NCBI GenBank assembly: GCA_032718475.1
Contig: JAUCBJ010000029.1
Span: 1-50,427, forward strand
Length of the DNA stretch: 50,427 bases
Direction: 5' to 3'
DNA from: Nemertoderma westbladi
Taxonomy: Eukaryota; Animalia; Xenacoelomorpha
Part shown: positions 43,521 through 50,427 of the stretch, one piece after another
Position numbering within the stretch: the stretch's first letter is position 1
How the letters are laid out: the number at the start of each line of letters is the position of its first letter
Notes under the pieces: model-generated
What the model saw: the letters and a program-made list of their open reading frames with translations, nothing else
What the model was told of the DNA's origin: nothing
Databases searched by the model: none
Position numbers and translations under genes: made by a program

Positions 43521-44978
43521 ATTGATGATCCCTGGATCCTGGCGGTCCTGGCGCGAATATGGATGTAGGGTTAGGTTGGGACAGTAGGAGGTAGCGTAGA
43601 AGTGCACTAGCAACACATCCCACTCTACAGCTCTATTTGAAATTATTCCATAGGTTTAAAAATATTGAAAAATGTCCGCTCGCTTCGCTCGCGTTTATGC
43701 TGTAAATCTACTCTTGTACTGTCATGCTGTGGACAAATGGAAACGGACAGATTGAGCATGACCATTAAAAACATGACTTAGGCCTATTGTTTCAAAAGTT
43801 TTTCAATTGTCAGATTCTTCAAACCAATAAAACCATGATAGCCTGCATGATTCAGCAGAATTTCCATGCTCGCTACGCTCGCAATTTACCGGTAATGACA
43901 TCTGCATTTGAAAACAGTCGGTTTGCCTACTTTAAATGCTGAAATGTTAAAATTTTCGTGCTCGCTACGCTCGCATCTTGATCACATCTGCATTTAAAAA
44001 CAAACAGTTGACATTGACCTACTACTACTACAACTACAGCACTACCTGACTGCCTGACTATTACTGTCAGACTTTATTACTGTCTGACTATTTATGTTAA
44101 CATAATTGGAAAATTTCCTTGCTTGCTAGGCTCGCATTTTAATGTTAACATACTGTAGGGCTACAGAATTCAGGAATTATAAACTGATAAAAATTCTTAC
44201 AATTATGCAATTACTGCAAAATTTAATAGTCAATTGTTGGCTTGGCGCGCATTAGATATCATGGCTGGCGCGATTTTTGTTTAACCAGAACGCGTGTGGC
44301 GCGCTTTTTGTCATTATTCCATATAGGGTGCGGTCCCCCCAGAACTTTACGCCCCAGAGGAAACTCCAGTACTCATTTAGCTACCAATTAAGGATGCAAC
44401 TTACTGACTTAATATTGCCTGTACGTACAGCTGTATGGGCCTGCCTGCAGGTAGCAGTATCCAAAGCAGAAAAGATACCAGTACTGTGTACTGTGATTTC
44501 GATTTTGGCGCGCTGGTTGCCTAAGTAACTGATGACGTGATGAAACAGCTGATTTCATTTTAATAATATTGCAATATTTGTTACAATAATAGAATAATAT
44601 TGCAATATTTATGTTACAATAATATTGAATAGGCTACAGGAATATTTATGTTACCGGTACAATAATATCGCAATATAATTCAATATATTATTGCAATATT
44701 TATATTGGAATATATTTCAATATATTGCAATAGAATTCGATATATTGCTGTATTGCTATATATACTCACTAGTCACTATATACCGGTACCGGTCAGCCGG
44801 TACCGTTACTCACTTGGCAGCTTGTATACAGGTGTACTGGTATATGCTTCTGAAATCTGAACTAACTAAACTCCTAAACTTGTTATTGGTAGGCCTACAT
44901 GTTAATCTCTGAAAAAGCATCAGAGCACTGGAGCAGGAGCAGACAAAGTGTACGGACCCCCCCTCCCCGCTGTACTGA

Positions 44979-45569
<591 letters not shown>

Positions 45570-46798
45570 TCAGCTGTGATTGATAGCCAACCAAGCTACC
45601 TGATGCGGTGACCAATCATAGTCATGTACACACACTTCCATTATTGTATTTGATTGGTTGGTGCTCTAAGATGACTCATGCTTCCATTCTATTCTATATC
45701 CCAGATTGGATGAGCTGTGATTGGATCATTTACTCTTTGAGGTCATCATCCTGAAATCAACCAACATATTAGTTGACTTGTATATTATTATATATTAATT
45801 ATTCCATTTGATTCAGAGACCTTTGATTACTTTCTCAAATGGGGAGGTTATTGCTATTAATATCTTATATTTATTGATCTGCCTGTAATTGGATTTCATA
45901 TTTTTTTATACTATTTCGCATATGATATAAATGTCACCACAACCTTAGCAAATTACTTACATTATTGTGTTAATAATAATAATATATTATAATAACTTTT
46001 ATTGTTTATTAGTTATTAGAAAATATATTTCTATACAAATTATTGATTGGACTATAACTCTATTTATTTCAATATATTATATTGCAATATATTTAAATAT
46101 ATTGGAATATCATTCAATATTATTGCAATATAATTTAATATATTGCAATTTGAATTGTGATTCAATGTAAGCTGATTGATTTCAATAATAAAACTGATTG
46201 AATGCATAAAAACTGATTGATTTCAAAAATAAAACTGATTGATTTTAATAATAAAACTGATTGAATGCCTATATACTGATCGAATGTATAGATATTGGAT
46301 TTTGAGCCATTTGTGATGCCATAGACATATCAACGGTACATAACAGACATATCGGTTTAATATTATATTGTACAGTTTTATGGCTGAGGAATTTCTGGAC
46401 GATGTTAATAACACTTAATTACACTCAAGATACAATACAGGGACGTGATGTTACATCGATCCCTTCTTCGTCAGATAATAAGGGTTACTTACTGCGTAAA
46501 TTAGACAATTATTTAATTTGTTTGAATGTGGTGAACACGTTAAATTATGGAGATAATTCGAATCGAACGGCCTTCAGTTAGCTGCAGTTATTGTAGAAGT
46601 GATAGATAAGCTAAACATGTGTATTGCGAATGTGAGTCCGTCTTGTCGAACCGTTTAATCGAACTGTGTAGTTGTTCCCACTCTACCTAACACCGGAAGT
46701 GGAAGACAGAAATATAATATACCAAAGGAAACTTAATTATTAGGTTGTTCATTGTGATAGGACTATAATGTAAAGACAAACCAAACTCAGACTTGACT

Positions 46799-47220
46799 CA
46801 AAAAAACATTGAGAAAAAAAAACATTGAGAAAAAAAACATTGAGAAAAAAACATTGAAAAAAATCATGGAGAAAAAAACATTGAGAAAAACATTGAGAAA
46901 AAAACATTGAGAAAAAATCATGGAGAAAAAACATTGAAAAAAATACATGGAGAAAAAACATTGAGAAAAAACATTGAGAAAAAAACATTGAGAAAAACAT
47001 TGAGAAAAAAACATTTAAAAAAACATTGAGAAAAAAAACATTGAGAAAAAAACATCGAGAAAAAAACATTGAGAAAAAAACATTGAGAAAAAAACATTGA
47101 GAAAAAACATTGGAAAAAAACATTAAGAAAAAAAAACATTGAGAAAAAAACATTGAGATAATTTTTTCTCAATGTTTTAGAGGAGAAATAAAACAAATAC
47201 ATTGAGAAAAAAAACATTGA
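46799..47220. repeat. A-rich minisatellite (A)nCATTGAG, 13-16 bp units
   Basis: Repeated AAAAAAACATTGAG with variable A-run length. Confidence 0.95.
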
Positions 47221-47929
47221 ATATTAATACAAAATGTATGCCATACATAACAGCATACATAAGCCACTGTACTGTGTTTATTTGCAGATAGGGGGGGGGG
47301 GGGGGGGGGGGGGGGTGTGGACTGGACGCAATAAAAATTCATCCCTCTCCTGGGGAAATTTGGCGCCAATAACAGCTGATTACTCTCAAAAATAAAACTG
47401 TATCGTGTTCTATTGTGTTTAGTTTATTGTTACTGGGTTTTAGTCATGGGTTTTGGGCATGCGTTTTTGGCATGGGTATTGGGCATGCGGGCATAACGTT
47501 TCTTGGACTCGTTTCGTTTAAAGCCATTTTGACGGCGTTCTACAGTAGTTTATCAAAATATATTGAGTAGGTTATATTCCTTTTCCTGGAGTATAATTCC
47601 TTAAAATATAGCTTAGCAATAAACTCTTTACTACAGTATGCAATACAGTCCCATCTTAGTATGTTCAGGTCTTAGCTTAGTCATGGAGATAGTCAGGTGT
47701 TTTGTGTTAGTAGTTGGTCTTGCGGTCTTGGTAGTACTGTAGTTAGCGGTATTATACTGTATGCAACTTAGCAGTGTAGATGTATTGGTTCAATTTAAGT
47801 AATTATCATTACCTGTGCTATAACCTACTGTATGACAGGGCTGACTCCCGCAGCCAATGCACTAAACAGCTCAACACGTTCGTGGTGACGTGTCGCGCAA
47901 CACGCGAACTCGAAGTTCGATTTGATCTA

Positions 47930-48165
47930 GCTAGAGTCAAAAGTTCGAGAGGTATTTGCCCGTAACTTTAAAAAATATTAGAACTTTATCTCTAGTATGC
48001 CCATGCAAAATTTAGTTAAAAAATGGTTAAAATCTACAAAAGTTATTTACGAAAGAAGTTTTCATTACAGACGGACAAGCAGACAGATTAAATTTTGCCC
48101 TTATTTACTACAGTAATTATAATTGTGCGCTAAGGCTCGCCTTTACGGCGTGGCTCGCCCCACAT
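47930..48165 (+). mobile_element. 3' portion of a Helentron-associated (HINE-like) element
   Basis: ACAGACGGACAAGCAGACAGA microsatellite, then TAAGGCTCGCCTTTACGGCGTGGCTCGCCCCACAT, matching the end at 5395-5427. Confidence 0.45.
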
Positions 48166-48327
48166 CCTGAATCTAAAGAGAACTCTTATCACAGAACTTC
48201 ATCTGTCAATTAAGAGGCATTTCTATCTCCACTCCTCATACTTCTCCAGAGTGTTGAAAGGGAGTGCCGCCTGTTGTTAAAAAGTGACTGTCCACCGCGA
48301 AACGGGGTTGATCATCTTTATTTGCTA

Positions 48328-49720
48328 ACTAGAAAGCCTGTGGCCCTTCGGGCCACAGCTTTCTAGTGCACGTGTAGATGATATATGAATATGTGTGGGA
48401 GATTGGAGAACTGCATACGGAACAGACACCATCATTAAATAAAACACCACCCCCATAAGAGATACATAACTGTCAAGTTTCAACTTTAGGCAGATTGTAA
48501 ATAACAAACTTTCCAGAAAATGATCGCTTACAGACCCACCCTCTACCCTGGACCCTGGTGAAATGCAGACCGCGCTGCAGTTTGGTAAAGATGGGGTTTA
48601 TGGTGAAGTAAAATGCCTGCCTTTCAAGTTTCAGCTTAAACGATTTAAATAACAAAATTGGTGTAGATATGTTCACATTCAGACATTTCACCCTCTGGCG
48701 GTAGACTGAAGAACTGTAGACGACTCTCTCTGGGACTACAGAATATGCTGTAGTAGATTCCTGCCAAGTTTCAGCTCAAAAGGATTAAAAAGAACCAATT
48801 GGGATGAGGTGTTCACTATCAGACAATTCGCCCTCTAGCCGCAGATGGGGGAACTGTATACAACTAGCTGCGTCTCCATAAAGGTACAGCCTATGCTGTA
48901 GTAGATAACAAAGTTTGTAAATAACAAAGTTGGAGAAGATGTGAACTTTCAGACATTTCACCCTCTAGCGGTAGACTGGGGAAGTGTATAGGACTCTGCA
49001 ACTCCGTAAAGATACAGCCTATGATGTAGTAGATACCTGTCAAGTTTCAGCTCAAAAGGATTAAAAAGAACCAAATGGGATGAGGTTTTCACTATCAGAC
49101 AATTCGCCCTCTAGCGCCTGACTGTGGAACTGTAGACGACTCTACTACTCCGCAAAGGTACAGCCTATGCTATAGTAGATGCCTACCAAGTTTCAGTCTA
49201 AAAGGATTGTAAATAACACAGTTGGAGAAGATGTTAACTTTCATACATTTCGCCCTCTAGCGGCAGACGCGGGTACTGTAGACAACTCTGCGCAACTCAG
49301 TAAAGATATAGCCTATGCTGTAGTAGATGCCTTCCAAGTTCACTCTAAACGGATTATAAATAACAAAGTTGGAGAAGATGTTAACTTTCAGACATTTCGC
49401 CCTCTAGCGGTAGACTGGGGAATTGTAGACGACTCTGCGACTCACTAAAGATACAGCCTATGCTGTAGTAGATGCCTACCAAGTTTCAGTCTAAACGGAT
49501 TGTAAATAACAAAGTTGGAGAAGATGTTAACTCTCAGACATTTAGCCCACTCACGGTAGACTGGGGAACTGTAGAAAACTCAGTGACTCCGGAAATATAC
49601 AGCCTATGCTGCAGTATATAGCTACCAAGTTTCAGCTCAAAAGCATTAAAAACCGATCAGGTTTTCACTATCGGACAATTCACCCTCTAGCGGCAGACGG
49701 GGGAACTTCAGATGGCTCTG
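48328..49720. repeat. Terminal hairpin followed by a ~146-bp tandem satellite (about 8 units, two variants); probable HINE-like element
   Basis: Hairpin ACTAGAAAGCCTGTGGCCC-TTC-GGGCCACAGCTTTCTAGT at 48328-48367. AGCCTATG anchors occur near 48888, 49016, 49162, 49310, 49455 and 49601. Confidence 0.8.
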
Positions 49721-50427
49721 AGTATTACGTTGCAACGAGTTAGGGCGAGACCTACCTATCTAACGAGCTATAGTAAGCGAGATTTCATCGAGATTAGATG
49801 TATAATATTAGATAAAATAATAATACAGTAAGTATAGGCCTACAGAAATAATTATTTTACTTTTTAGTATACATATAAATTTATTTTTGCACATACAAAA
49901 TATTATGTACTTCGATATGCTTTATTAAATGATATAAATTTCAATATCAGGTACCGAACACGAAACTTTAGTACTTGATTTTTATTATTTTACATTGAAT
50001 TTCAAGTCAATAATTACTCAAGTTTCAGTTGACGTCAGTTTTCTAAAAACACATCATACAGACAGATACAGATTAACTAGATACTTATACAGATACAGGT
50101 ACACCCTATATAAGTAAGTAAGCTTTTATTTTTATTGTTCTTTTTATTCTTTGAAAAGAGTAGTGGGAGCGTAGTCATAGCTAGTGCATTGTTAGGCAGT
50201 TAAGAGTTGAAGATAGCACTGTAGTAGCGCTGCGAGCTAGTGTAGCCAACTCCTATAATTTTAGATACATACTGTAATAATTTTAGCGCCTTAGTTTCTA
50301 TTTGGCTATATAGAAATCAATCATATTATTATTATTATTATTACTTTTTATTTCTGTATTGTGTTCACTTATTAGTTTAGTCTTAGTCTTTAATTTTTTC
50401 CCAAGATAAGTTTTGGATGTAAAGGTA

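Noticed and set aside
46749-47217. Three Phe-rich ORFs
   Set aside because: They are stop-free reverse frames of the A-rich minisatellite.

Overview
AT-rich eukaryotic (invertebrate-metazoan-looking) genomic DNA with three host genes whose coding sequences show no obvious introns: an Oxa1/YidC-family insertase split by one frameshift (2297-3501, -), a 9-finger C2H2 protein (12654-14000, +) and ARF6 (45042-45569, +). About half the window (16472-42277) is one nested transposon stack, with every layer bounded by its own flanking duplication. From outside in: a Mutator-like foldback element (9-bp TSD), a segment bounded by a 39-bp direct repeat, a solo LTR (TSD TTTAC), and a large related LTR element (18425-38660, TSD CATTG). 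That last element holds a young BEL/Pao retrotransposon (27779-34413, TSD ATATA) and a foldback MITE (9-bp TSD). The large element is the most unusual object. It is BEL/Pao-derived and keeps an intact 1471-aa Gag-protease, but only scraps of pol remain and there is a decayed extra ORF in the env position. It has no tRNA primer-binding site. Instead, the 21 nt abutting its 5' LTR are complementary to a segment of its own LTR, which suggests Tf1-like self-primed reverse transcription. The rest of the window is MITEs, LINE 3' fragments (RTE-like, CR1-like), Helentron-like elements with internal satellites, and apparent transposon excision footprints. All comparisons were made by eye; no database searches were run.
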